From: a virus
Taxonomy: Duplodnaviria; Caudoviricetes
Virus record (IMG/VR): IMGVR_UViG_3300022930_000004
Location: 1-51,336 of that record
DNA: 51,336 nucleotides
Reading direction: 5' to 3' (one strand)
The translations under genes and the position numbers were made by a program. The notes under the pieces were generated by a model, which was not told where the DNA came from, made no database searches, and saw nothing but the letters and a program-made list of their open reading frames with translations. Positions 17,110-26,577 of the stretch are shown here, in pieces. How positions within the stretch are numbered: position 1 is the stretch's first letter; each line of letters opens with the position of its first letter.

Positions 17110-17622
17110 CTACTTTCTGCCATTATCTGGCAGCTCAAATATTGTTACGCTGGCTTGGTTTTTCTTCTGGTCATTGTCTTTCTCAAACAACCCTAAGTGC
17201 TTAGATAATGCTTCTAATGCGCGAAGCTTATCATGCAGCTTTATTTTTCTGTTAGTCCCAAGTTTTTCTCCGACTCTACTTACCTCATCAAACGATTCTA
17301 TTGCTGCTATTGCAGCCGCAGTGTCATCGTCTATTTCATCAATAGACCTCATACCTCCGTCGATAGTTAATATGTTTCTTACGTCACTAAAGGCAATTTT
17401 CCTGTACTCATCTAAAACTCGCTGTTTGCTTATGCCTGATTTTTCGCTGTATTCTGCCTTTAATTCAGAGATATAGCCCTCAACTTCCGGCTCTTGTAAT
17501 AAATTATGGGCTATCTGTCTTGATGTAGCCTCAGAATACCCAGCGTAAATAGCTGATTGACTGCCGTTTAGAGTTTCAAAATACCTGTCTGCAAATCTTT
17601 TCTTTTGTTCTGTTAAGGCCAT
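17110..17622 (-). CDS. terS: Terminase small subunit
   Basis: LTEQKKRF...Y...N..QSA..AGYS...A...L and KIKLHDK..AL..L.KHLG.F motifs. Confidence 0.93.
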   Translation of the reverse strand: MALTEQKKRFADRYFETLNGSQSAIYAGYSEATSRQIAHNLLQEPEVEGYISELKAEYSEKSGISKQRVLDEYRKIAFSDVRNILTIDGGMRSIDEIDDDTAAAIAAIESFDEVSRVGEKLGTNRKIKLHDKLRALEALSKHLGLFEKDNDQKKNQASVTIFELPDNGRK

Positions 17623-17700
17623 GGTCTTGTAAAGTATTGTAAACCAAATTTACGATTTTAGTTTATCAATTGCTAATTGCATTATTTCGGGTCTGCTTAC

Positions 17701-18054
17701 TTACAAATCGTACTTATCAATCACTGAAAAGAATTCATTTTCAGACCGGACGACAATATACGTATTTCCTAATGATTCTGCTAATTTCTGCCACTCCTTT
17801 TGACCTTCTGACTGAACTCCTGTTTCAGTTTTCCACTCTATACAAACCCACTTTCCATTAGGTATCATCATAAGCATATCGGATACACCACCGTATACAC
17901 CCATAGCCTTATTCAGCGCTCCTTTAACCTTATTCTCACTGTTGTTGTTGACAGCAAAAACACGACCTCTTAAATGTGGCCTTTCGTTGTACATCCTGGT
18001 ATATGCTTTTGACTGCATTGCCACTTCATTTTGTTCTCTATTTTCTTGTTTCAT
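17701..18054 (-). CDS. VRR-NUC domain nuclease
   Basis: E..Q..N...MG...GVSD..IEWK...G.QS..QKEW motif. Confidence 0.85.
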   Translation of the reverse strand: MKQENREQNEVAMQSKAYTRMYNERPHLRGRVFAVNNNSENKVKGALNKAMGVYGGVSDMLMMIPNGKWVCIEWKTETGVQSEGQKEWQKLAESLGNTYIVVRSENEFFSVIDKYDL

Positions 18055-18065
18055 AATCGCTGTTT

Positions 18066-18359
18066 AGGTTGTAAGGTTGTAAGATGGTTGTAAGATAAAG
18101 TAAGATCGATCTTACAACCTTTTTTCTCGGTTTATTTATATTTAAATGCTGTTTTTTAGCAAAGGTTGTAAGATAAATTAAAAAATTTAGTAGTTATATA
18201 TTATAGACAACATACAATGATCATCACAATTTTATTTTTTCACGATAGAGAAACTAACACAACATCTTGTATTTATCTTACAACCTTACAACCTTTTTAT
18301 GCTAAATCATTGAATATCAATATTTTGTGAGGTTGTAGGATAACTGTATCTTACAACCT
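18066..18359. repeat. Iteron-like GGTTGTAAG direct and inverted repeats around AT-rich DNA; probable replication origin
   Basis: GGTTGTAAG at 18067, 18075, 18086 and 18164; CTTACAACC at 18111, 18277, 18285 and 18350; immediately 3' of the primase-helicase. Confidence 0.75.
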
Positions 18360-20475
18360 CATACCTATACAAAGTCACTCCTTCTACCTTTTTCCCTACA
18401 CTTTTTCCAAAAATACGTTTCAATTCTGCACCTAATTTTTTTGTTCCCATTATTTTTTGGGTGCTATTCGTCTCTAAAATATCTTTTATCTCAGTAGTTG
18501 TCATCCATTCAGAATACCTTCCTGGTGCCGGAACAGAAAAGAACTTAAGTATTAATTCTCTTTCAGGAGAAACGGTCTGAAACTCATTACCTATAACATC
18601 AAGTTCAGCAAGTTCGTCCTTACTTAGTTGCCACATTTCACCTGATTCGTATGCTCTGTAAGCCTCCATAAATAACTCGTCTTTATCAATACTGTTATAC
18701 AACTCATGGTCTATGGATAGAACTTCTACTGGTAGTATCCTTGTGTTTCCTGTAGGATCATTTATAATCTCTCCATCGTTACTTGTGCCGCATAATACAG
18801 CAAGTCTCTTAAAGTCTTCGTTAGACCGTCCGTATGGCGCTCTAAGTGAGAATATATCCTTACTTGTCAACTCCTTAAAACGCTTTTCATCCTGTTTACT
18901 TTTTCCTCCCATCTCATCATCCATTACAATCAGCTTCTGACACATAAGTATGTCATCATCCTTACCGGCATCAAGTTTAGATTCAGCGTAATATTTCTTT
19001 AAACCTTTTGGTAATAACCTTCTGAACCATTCTGTTTTACCGCTGTTTTGTCCACCTGTAAATGCTAAAACTGACCTAACAGGATAACCGTTATATGCTG
19101 CTATCAGAGATAAAATCCATTTTCTTATAAACACCGACTTCATTCCTGTTTCTGATCTTATAGATTTACACAACAAATCAATATTGCCGGATGATCTCCT
19201 GTGCATATTACGTTCTATATATTCAGATATCGGGTTATATGTATGTATGAAATCAGAAAAAATATAAGACTCGCAAATATCCTTGGTTATTTCCTTTGAG
19301 TTGAAGAACATTCTTGCACGTAGGTATATAGAATTTATCCTTTCCCGTTTAACCTCGTTTCCGTTTTCCTCTATCATCCTTGTTATTGAGTTTATCTTCA
19401 TTGGATGATTTTGCTTCATCCATTCAGAGATCGACTGTATAACTTGTTCAGGTGTGCTTACCTCACGGCTAATATCAATATCATTTCTCTTGAATACCTC
19501 ATTAACAAGTTCGCTGGCTCTTTCTGGGTCTACTCCGTTCATTTCCTGAAGCTGAACTTTTACTGCTTCTGCTGATCTTCCTGAACGCTTACCCATTGTG
19601 GCTATCTGTATAGCTTTCTGGTTTACTTCTGGAGGATGAATACCGACCTGTTTTAGCATCCAGTAAAGCGTACCAACCGTGATACCATGCTTATTACCTT
19701 TAAGAGAAATATTGTATTGTTTCTCGGCATGTCTGCTATCGTATTTTTCAGAAACAGAACAAAGTGAATAAAACCAGCCACGACCGGATTCTCCAAAACC
19801 GTCTGCAATAGCGAACCCAAGTTTCATATAGCTGTCATAATCGTATGCTATATTGTGACCTAAGTTTACGCACTCCATTATCATTTCGCCAACTGTATCT
19901 CCTGGAACTACAATAGGAAGTGACGGTGTTTTTTTAGGCTTATCTACAAGCGTTTTACTTAACTTACTTTTAGTATTCAGGTGCAATTCAGGATCGAAAG
20001 ACACGAATCTAAGGCTGGCAACATTCTGAGGTGCGCTATCTATTTTTATTCCAAAAGAAACGTAATAGTAGTTCTGTAGCCATTTAAAACTTTCCTTATG
20101 TTTAGCTGGGTTTATCTTTACTAATACCGCAAGTCCAGCCCCGCTACTAGACTTCATTACAGCGTATGTATAAGGATCGTTTATTAATTCGGTTTTGTCG
20201 TTAAAATAATCAATGTCAATGCAGATAAATCCGCTATGCTCCATTAACAATTCTTCTTTTCGTTCTCCGAAAGTACCGGAAATAGTAACAGACGGTAACG
20301 ACCTTTTTAACCAAGACCTTTTATCTTTATCTTCCTCTATTCTTATTTTTTCTATTATACTTTTCCATTTTCCGTACTTAACAAGGTTTAAGAAAGATTC
20401 AACCGTTAATCTTTCAGAAGAAATATGAGGTTTGCCTTTATCCGGCAAAGACTTAAATAATGATATGTTACCCAT
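18307..20475 (-). CDS. Primase-helicase (BT4734/VirE-N-like, PriCT-2 and VirE/VapE P-loop ATPase domains)
   Basis: K..LP.VT.SG.F..HSG.ICIDID..S.SG.G..RFVSFDP; YDSYMKLGFA; G.QNSGKT, DDE, R.PYGR and DPTGN.R motifs. Confidence 0.9.
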   Translation of the reverse strand: MGNISLFKSLPDKGKPHISSERLTVESFLNLVKYGKWKSIIEKIRIEEDKDKRSWLKRSLPSVTISGTFGERKEELLMEHSGFICIDIDYFNDKTELINDPYTYAVMKSSSGAGLAVLVKINPAKHKESFKWLQNYYYVSFGIKIDSAPQNVASLRFVSFDPELHLNTKSKLSKTLVDKPKKTPSLPIVVPGDTVGEMIMECVNLGHNIAYDYDSYMKLGFAIADGFGESGRGWFYSLCSVSEKYDSRHAEKQYNISLKGNKHGITVGTLYWMLKQVGIHPPEVNQKAIQIATMGKRSGRSAEAVKVQLQEMNGVDPERASELVNEVFKRNDIDISREVSTPEQVIQSISEWMKQNHPMKINSITRMIEENGNEVKRERINSIYLRARMFFNSKEITKDICESYIFSDFIHTYNPISEYIERNMHRRSSGNIDLLCKSIRSETGMKSVFIRKWILSLIAAYNGYPVRSVLAFTGGQNSGKTEWFRRLLPKGLKKYYAESKLDAGKDDDILMCQKLIVMDDEMGGKSKQDEKRFKELTSKDIFSLRAPYGRSNEDFKRLAVLCGTSNDGEIINDPTGNTRILPVEVLSIDHELYNSIDKDELFMEAYRAYESGEMWQLSKDELAELDVIGNEFQTVSPERELILKFFSVPAPGRYSEWMTTTEIKDILETNSTQKIMGTKKLGAELKRIFGKSVGKKVEGVTLYRYEVVRYSYPTTSQNIDIQ

Positions 20476-20477
20476 AA

Positions 20478-21923
20478 CTAATTTTTAATTTTATAATCCG
20501 TATACTGGCAATTATCAATATCTTCCAGTTGCCTGCTTAACCACCCTCTTTTATACCCTTTTACTGATGCGTATTCCTTTACTGCATCCTCTCCAAGTGA
20601 ACGAATGACACGCCAAATAAACGATGGTTTATATTTCTTGCTTGATTCAAGTAATAGCAATTCCGGCACGTTAAGAGAAGAGGTATTTCTGTCCAGTAAT
20701 TCTGTTGCAATTTTTGGCGTTACTTCAATCATTACGCCTTCTCCTAGAACAGCTTCCTTAATAGGGAAAGGAGTACCGCAATATTTACACTTTACTGCAC
20801 TTATCGGATTTAAACACCCGCACTCAGTATTCGGACATTCCTTTACAGGGGATACAGATTCCTTTTTTTCTCGTGGCGGTTTTAGCTTCCATTCTCTAGC
20901 TTCATTCCACATTCCGAACCTGTCGTGATTCATACCAAAATCCAAACCGATGAATATATTTTTACCAGGATATAACCGTGATCCACGTCCAAAACACTGA
21001 AGAAATAGCGGTAAAGACTTCGTAGCTCGATTCATTATCACGCATTGTATGCTTGGCTCATCATATCCAGTAGTAAGAATACCGCAATTGTTAAGCACCG
21101 AAAAAGCACCATCTCGGAAGGCGGATAAAATTCTGGATCTTTCATCGTCTGGTGTTTTACTTGTTATAAACTCACTGGATATTCCAGCGGCAATAAAAGC
21201 GTTATGAGTATTTATAGTATGCTTAATGTTAACATTGAATACTATCGTTTTCAGTCCATCTGCAAGTTTACGCCACTGGTCAATAACACCATCATAAAGT
21301 TTAGGTTTATCGTAATGAGATATTAGACTAGCATCTGTATACTCTCCGGCTTTGACTTCTAAGTCTGAAAAATCGTCAACCATTTGGTATGCTTTGCAGT
21401 CAACCAAAAAACCTTGCTCAACTAGATCAGGAATGTCAATGTTCTGAACGATATTAGTGTAATACTTAAAGAAGTGTTTGCCTTCTGGTGTTGCAGTCGC
21501 GCCTATTACACGTGACAACGGGAATAAGTCTAAAATCTTGGTAAAATTTCCCTTATGCGCTTCATCTATAATGATTAGATCTGGTCTTAGTCCAGCTAGA
21601 ACATCTGAACGTCTTTTTATAGTCTCAACCATAGCAAGGTAAATTGTAGCCCCTAAATATGTGTTTTTTTTACTTGCGGATATTTCCTCAACTGCTACTC
21701 CTGTATTAGCTAACGCCTTTATTGTTTGCTTAAACAACTCCGTCCTGTCAGTAAGAACAATTGTAACTGTTCCTTTTTCCGCTGCAAGTCTTACCATTTC
21801 AGAGAACACTACTGTTTTCCCTGCGCCTGTAGGCAAACACAAAACCTGCCTTTGATATTTATTAGCAAAACCCTGCCTTAATTGTAATATAGATTCAGTC
21901 TGGTAATTTCTAAGGTTTAGCAT
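20478..21923 (-). CDS. Superfamily 2 DEAH helicase with C-terminal Zn ribbon
   Basis: LRNYQ, PTGAGKT, IIDEAH, TATP, LTTGYD and Q..GRGSR motifs; CxxxxC..CxxC. Confidence 0.93.
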   Translation of the reverse strand: MLNLRNYQTESILQLRQGFANKYQRQVLCLPTGAGKTVVFSEMVRLAAEKGTVTIVLTDRTELFKQTIKALANTGVAVEEISASKKNTYLGATIYLAMVETIKRRSDVLAGLRPDLIIIDEAHKGNFTKILDLFPLSRVIGATATPEGKHFFKYYTNIVQNIDIPDLVEQGFLVDCKAYQMVDDFSDLEVKAGEYTDASLISHYDKPKLYDGVIDQWRKLADGLKTIVFNVNIKHTINTHNAFIAAGISSEFITSKTPDDERSRILSAFRDGAFSVLNNCGILTTGYDEPSIQCVIMNRATKSLPLFLQCFGRGSRLYPGKNIFIGLDFGMNHDRFGMWNEAREWKLKPPREKKESVSPVKECPNTECGCLNPISAVKCKYCGTPFPIKEAVLGEGVMIEVTPKIATELLDRNTSSLNVPELLLLESSKKYKPSFIWRVIRSLGEDAVKEYASVKGYKRGWLSRQLEDIDNCQYTDYKIKN

Positions 21924-22221
21924 TTTCGCCCTCCCTCATTTTAAGGTAAAGCCTCCAATACATAATTTTTCCGTCTAATCCTGTCAGGTCAGGAACGAAA
22001 CCAGACATACCCTTATAAACGTCTATCAACACAACATTTGTAGATATAGCCCAAATTCGCAATTTTATTTCACGAACATCAGGAATTATAGACTGAGATA
22101 CGAACTTAACATACCGATCGCACCCGTTGCAGACCTGTTTAATATGCGGCCCAGCATAAATGAATTTTGCCTCGTCTACCAAACCGCAGTTATGGCACTC
22201 ATGAGGAAATAATAATTCCAT
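21910..22221 (-). CDS. Small Zn-ribbon protein
   Basis: CHNC..GPH...C.GC..YVKF pattern; overlaps the helicase start. Confidence 0.7.
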   Translation of the reverse strand: MELLFPHECHNCGLVDEAKFIYAGPHIKQVCNGCDRYVKFVSQSIIPDVREIKLRIWAISTNVVLIDVYKGMSGFVPDLTGLDGKIMYWRLYLKMREGENAKP

Positions 22222-22335
22222 AATAAAAAATAAAACCTTTATTTGGGATCAGCAGTGGTAGTTGCATCACCCAAATAAAGGCTGTTAAAATGTTTTAATA
22301 CCGGCTACCACTCCGTTTCTTGTAACCCAAATATA
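22222..22335 (-). promoter_or_regulatory. Promoter and structured 5' leader of the replication operon (second copy of the hairpin/pseudoknot motif)
   Basis: TATATTTG 22328-22335; 12-bp stem 22236-22247/22270-22281; loop 22254-22261 is complementary to 22305-22312. Confidence 0.65.
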
Positions 22336-22359
22336 GTTAATAAAAATGGTAAATAAAAG

Positions 22360-22941
22360 TTAGTTTTTAACCTCCATTCTCATACCTTCAGATATAAGCA
22401 CCTGTATCTCTTCATGACTTCGCTTTATATCCGACTTCATAGATTCCAATATCGTTATCGTAAAAGACACATCAGTAACTTGCTTAATATACCACCGCTC
22501 GCCTTTATTTAGCCAAACCTCACCTCGTTTAGGCATAATAACCGATGTATCCGGTATTTGTTCCTGCTTCTCTCTAAAAGCCGGATCAAAAACTTTAACT
22601 TCCGGCAATGCATCAGCTATACAAGGCTGAATGCTGAACTTATGAGAATTCACTAAATGAGATACCGTCAAATCATCCATTGCTTTTTCTTCTTCACCTA
22701 TCGAAACTGAAATATATCTGCCATACAGAAAAGCCGGATAACGGCACATTTTGACTGCTTTTTCTAAATAGATTTCCTCTGCTGATTGTTTGGTGCTTTT
22801 AGGCGGTGTTTTGCCTTCTTTAAAAGCCTGGTCAATCAACTGCATGATACCTCGTTTTAAGGCTGTGCGGTCGTCAATCAGAACGTCGATAACTTCGTTC
22901 AGGTCGGAGTATGTGATTGAGTGGTTACGTTGTTTTGCCAT
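22360..22941 (-). CDS. Hypothetical protein
   Basis: 193-aa ORF coupled to the upstream gene. Confidence 0.7.
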   Translation of the reverse strand: MAKQRNHSITYSDLNEVIDVLIDDRTALKRGIMQLIDQAFKEGKTPPKSTKQSAEEIYLEKAVKMCRYPAFLYGRYISVSIGEEEKAMDDLTVSHLVNSHKFSIQPCIADALPEVKVFDPAFREKQEQIPDTSVIMPKRGEVWLNKGERWYIKQVTDVSFTITILESMKSDIKRSHEEIQVLISEGMRMEVKN

Positions 22942-23330
22942 TACACAATACTTTTAAATCTAAACCCCTTACATTTATATCCCTTAGTTATTGATTCAGA
23001 AATATTTCCAGAACCTATTCCTGTAATTAAAGAGGCTTCATTTATAGAAGGATAAACACATATTAATTTATCATTCCAGTATTTCCCAACAATAACTGTG
23101 TCAGCCCTTTCTTTTGATAAATCCCCTATCCTTTTCGGATTTATTTTGGCGTGTTTCTTTCTAATCTGAAAACCATTTGCTGATAAATCTTCGCCGCTAA
23201 TAACTCTATTTACCTGCGGTTGGTGTGATTTTATTGCTCTAGCGCATTCGCTTATGCTAGAGAACTCTTGCAAAAAATAACCCTGATTATCAAAAAGCAA
23301 TACTTCTATTTTTTCCCTTCCCATTACCAC
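22941..23330 (-). CDS. Tandem NUMOD1-like DNA-binding domain protein with no nuclease domain
   Basis: Two repeats of (F/Y).SI.E..R/L....I.......GF. Confidence 0.7.
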   Translation of the reverse strand: MVMGREKIEVLLFDNQGYFLQEFSSISECARAIKSHQPQVNRVISGEDLSANGFQIRKKHAKINPKRIGDLSKERADTVIVGKYWNDKLICVYPSINEASLITGIGSGNISESITKGYKCKGFRFKSIV

Positions 23331-23545
23331 GATAACTTAAACTGTTTATACTCTGTTACCTTTGTCCTCTCAACCTTAAACCCTTCCGTTTCCAGCATTT
23401 CAATAGTCTGATCTGATGGATTAGAAATGTGAACATGCCTTACCTTACTAAACGTACGCTGCAATCTGTTCATTTCTGCAATACATTTTCTGTACTGCGA
23501 TGATGCGGATAGTTCGCGCATCTTTTCTGCTAGTGGTTGTTTCAT
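23324..23545 (-). CDS. Hypothetical protein
   Basis: Coupled ORF. Confidence 0.55.
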   Translation of the reverse strand: MKQPLAEKMRELSASSQYRKCIAEMNRLQRTFSKVRHVHISNPSDQTIEMLETEGFKVERTKVTEYKQFKLSW

Positions 23546-24189
23546 GATATTTCTTCGTTATTATTTGTTTCCAATTCTGCTTCCCATGCTTCACTGAATT
23601 CACGATCAGCAAATAAAGAAGCTAATCCTGTTACCTGGCATAATCTCAATACCTCATCTGCATCCATACCTAAATGCTTAGCTATCTTAGCATCATTCCA
23701 GTTACGTTTTTTCAGGTGCATAACTATCTCAGACATAGATTCTACGTTGTGTTTACCACGGGCACGATTGTGACGAACTGTAGCGGCCATACGATCTTCA
23801 AGCGCCTCACGATCTCCATTAATAGTGACTACAGGAACGTAACCAAAAACACGTGAATTAACAGCCTGATGTTCCTTAATAACTCTTGTCCTATGGAATC
23901 CATCAACTACCTCTCTGCCTACTTCATTACCCATTGTAACTACTGGCTGCGTAAGGCCGTCAGCTTCTATTGATAAAGCCAGCAAGTTTTGCTCTGTTGT
24001 TGCTGTGGCATTAGGGTTGTAGCTGTTGGCTTGAACGTTATCAGACTTAACCCACTGAACCAAATCTACAGGTTCATTCTTGAACGGGCTAATCTCATGA
24101 ATCTTTAACCTTAATTCGTTTATCGCAGAAACCTTCTCATTTAAAGGTAAATCTGCGATTTGTTTTAATATTTCATCAATTTGTGACAT
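23542..24189 (-). CDS. ibrB: IbrB/YbdM-like ParB/Srx-domain protein
   Basis: EPVD.V.WV..V.AN.YNPN..L..SI..DG.TQP..VVDGFHR..ATVRHNRARGKH..IAKHLGM..DEVLRL motifs. Confidence 0.85.
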   Translation of the reverse strand: MSQIDEILKQIADLPLNEKVSAINELRLKIHEISPFKNEPVDLVQWVKSDNVQANSYNPNATATTEQNLLALSIEADGLTQPVVTMGNEVGREVVDGFHRTRVIKEHQAVNSRVFGYVPVVTINGDREALEDRMAATVRHNRARGKHNVESMSEIVMHLKKRNWNDAKIAKHLGMDADEVLRLCQVTGLASLFADREFSEAWEAELETNNNEEIS

Positions 24190-24536
24190 ATTTTATAGCT
24201 TTTTAAAATTTTAAATCCTAGTTTCAAGTAAATTGGTAGCGCCATATTTGAGCTATTAACCTTCCATGACTGCTCAGGTATATCGTTGTATAGAGCCGAA
24301 AATACACCTTTATTTCTGAATGACGGCCTTGTATAGGCATAAAGTATTGTATCATTTTTGTGACAAATAAAGCCAGTCATTACACCTTCCGAATAAGCAA
24401 AGTACCAATATTGATCGCCTGACCATTTAATAAACTCACCCATTTCAGAGTAAAACACATCACTAATCAGCAATACACCTAATTCACCTGCTATAAAATG
24501 AGCCGACTGACTTTTTACTATTCGTATATTTTCCAT
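24165..24536 (-). CDS. GNAT family acetyltransferase
   Basis: YT.P.FRNKGVFS.L acetyl-CoA motif A and A..IY.KLGF motif B. Confidence 0.8.
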   Translation of the reverse strand: MENIRIVKSQSAHFIAGELGVLLISDVFYSEMGEFIKWSGDQYWYFAYSEGVMTGFICHKNDTILYAYTRPSFRNKGVFSALYNDIPEQSWKVNSSNMALPIYLKLGFKILKSYKICHKLMKY

Positions 24537-25723
24537 TCCGTTCTACGTTTACGCATTAAATTCATGTATTTATTGTATGCAGATGACTTGGTAACTCCAA
24601 ACCCTAAAGTCTTACAATACCAATCATTACGGAGCAGCGTTTTGGCTATCTGCCTCCAAGCAGGAATCTTACCTAACTGCTCCAATTTGTAATCGCCCTG
24701 ATCCGGTATTCCATCTGGATAACCACGTTCACGATACCACTTGATATAAACAGCTATTTTATTCTTGTAATGCTCTGATGTTGTTGGCGGCATTGAGTCC
24801 AATATGAAGTTGCTGAATGATTCCCATGTATGACCTTCTGGTAATGATACATTAGCATTCCCCAATATATTACCTCGTTCCCTGCTGTATAAAGCAGCTC
24901 CATTTATACCGGACATACGGGCTACGAATTTAGACCACGTAACCGGCTCTATGATTTGGTAAATCCAAAGGTTCTTTCTGGCTTCATCACCGAATGGCTC
25001 ATCTATTCTCATTTGAGAAACTGACAATCCAGCCATGTGCATGCGATCATAGACCTTATTGTATGAATTACCGGATTTAGCTATGTAAGTCCAAATATCA
25101 TCTACCTGCCAATCGTAAATCGGGTACACATTCCAAATATTATCTACTGCATTAGTTGTAAACATTTTTCCGTCATAACGGGCTACGTCTTCCCTGGCTA
25201 TAGCTCTGAAGCGGTTCAATGATTCCTGCGCTCTAATACCCACAAATGAAGCTGTTTCCTCCCCTTCGCTATACCATTTAGCGAACAGCGGAACGAATTC
25301 TTCAAAAGTGATTCCTGAATAATAGAATGGATATTTGTATGCATTAGATTTTTCGTGCTTCTGTCTAGTCCATAGATTTTTCTTTCTTTCATCCCATGAA
25401 CGCCATAACGGCTCATAAGCAGAACAAGCAGAACAAGTTTCTACTTCCAATGCGATCCAATGAAGATCAATCCATTCTGCGTACTTAGTAGTCATTTCGT
25501 CTATGTGTTCAATAGTCAAATCGAACTGACATTCCCAATCTATAAACAGAAGCCCTATTTTCCTATTACGCATCTTAGCCTCTTCCAACACTAAATGAAG
25601 CATAACCGTACTGTCTTTACCTCCTGAAAAAGACAAGTATATTTTATTAAAATTGTCGAAGGTGTATTTTATTCGCTCCTTTGAAGCCAACAATACGTCT
25701 GTGTCTAATAATCTTTTTCCCAT
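24518..25723 (-). CDS. ibrA: IbrA/YbdN-like PAPS-reductase-family (PP-loop) protein, DUF3440 type
   Basis: SFSGGKDS PP-loop, FIDWE, GIRAQESLNR, YPIYDW..DIW, YD.M..AG..QMR and ND..C..LGF motifs. Confidence 0.87.
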   Translation of the reverse strand: MGKRLLDTDVLLASKERIKYTFDNFNKIYLSFSGGKDSTVMLHLVLEEAKMRNRKIGLLFIDWECQFDLTIEHIDEMTTKYAEWIDLHWIALEVETCSACSAYEPLWRSWDERKKNLWTRQKHEKSNAYKYPFYYSGITFEEFVPLFAKWYSEGEETASFVGIRAQESLNRFRAIAREDVARYDGKMFTTNAVDNIWNVYPIYDWQVDDIWTYIAKSGNSYNKVYDRMHMAGLSVSQMRIDEPFGDEARKNLWIYQIIEPVTWSKFVARMSGINGAALYSRERGNILGNANVSLPEGHTWESFSNFILDSMPPTTSEHYKNKIAVYIKWYRERGYPDGIPDQGDYKLEQLGKIPAWRQIAKTLLRNDWYCKTLGFGVTKSSAYNKYMNLMRKRRTEWKIYE

Positions 25724-25857
25724 TACAATAAAGTTCTAATAGCTTTTGTTAATGACCCAAACTTTTTTTCTAATAAAGCCTTGTCGGATGGTTTTATGCT
25801 AACTGTAAAAGATTTTACAGATTCTTCTTTTTTTGGTCTGCCTAATTTATTTCCCAT
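25723..25857 (-). CDS. Small ribbon-helix-helix-like protein (44 aa)
   Basis: Manual translation MGNKLGRPKKEESVKSFTVSIKPSDKALLEKKFGSLTKAIRTLL; TAATG coupling to ibrA. Confidence 0.6.
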   Translation of the reverse strand: MGNKLGRPKKEESVKSFTVSIKPSDKALLEKKFGSLTKAIRTLL

Positions 25858-26029
25858 TATTTAAATATTCTATAGCGTCTAGTAATCTGTGAAACGATTG
25901 TCCTGATTGAAAAGAAGCCCTGTTTATTAGTATTGTTGTTGCTTTAACCCTGTTTGAATCATGTTTTTTAGTTCTAGCTTTTGGTTGGGATGCAATATCA
26001 AAAAGTTCGGTAGTTGATAAATTTTTCAT
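25847..26029 (-). CDS. Hypothetical protein
   Basis: First ORF after the minus-strand TATATTTG at about 26049-26056. Confidence 0.55.
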   Translation of the reverse strand: MKNLSTTELFDIASQPKARTKKHDSNRVKATTILINRASFQSGQSFHRLLDAIEYLNNGK

Positions 26030-26083
26030 GTTTTTTTGTTTTGATATTCAAATATACATCTTTTATTTATTTAAACAAATAAA

Positions 26084-26431
26084 TTAATAATCTTTTTCCC
26101 GTTCTTTTATGATTTGTTCTGCTATTTGATTTGCGTTTGACCTTTGTTCTTCTGTTAATTTAAACCATGCTGATCTGGTAACCGATTCCGGAACACCATA
26201 TTCTATGCAACATGCAGCTTGACCTAGCCATGATCTGCGATTAGATTTAACATCAGTAAGGTTTTGTTTAGTTGCTATCGGCCATTCGTTTACAACTCGT
26301 GTCATTGCCTCTAATGGATTGATGAGAACTTCAATTGCTTGCCGTTCTTGTAGTTCAGGATTTATGGGTTTATGCCACATTCCATTTTTCCAGTCTTCCC
26401 AATTTTCATAGTGCGTATAGTATTGTTCCAT
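26084..26431 (-). CDS. Conserved phage protein probably linked to IbrAB modules
   Basis: WED..NGMW..W....NLT...NRRSWLGQAACC..G.PE..TR.AW..L..Q..AN..A pattern; own promoter. Confidence 0.65.
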   Translation of the reverse strand: MEQYYTHYENWEDWKNGMWHKPINPELQERQAIEVLINPLEAMTRVVNEWPIATKQNLTDVKSNRRSWLGQAACCIEYGVPESVTRSAWFKLTEEQRSNANQIAEQIIKEREKDY

Positions 26432-26577
26432 GACTGCAATATATAAATAAGGATCTTGTTTTTATGTAACAAAACTGATATGTAGTTATTTCTTGTAAAA
26501 ATCAATTCTCCCGTAGTTTCTGAACTTTTTGGTGTATCTGTACTCTTTAGATTTTAAAGCTCTTATAATGGCTGTAT

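Noticed and set aside
18066-18359. Repeats as a CRISPR array
   Set aside because: The units are 9-12 bp, in both orientations, without regular unique spacers, and no cas genes are present.
23542-24189. ParB-like gene as evidence of a plasmid-prophage partition system
   Set aside because: The motifs are IbrB-type, it is linked to IbrA, and no ParA ATPase is present.
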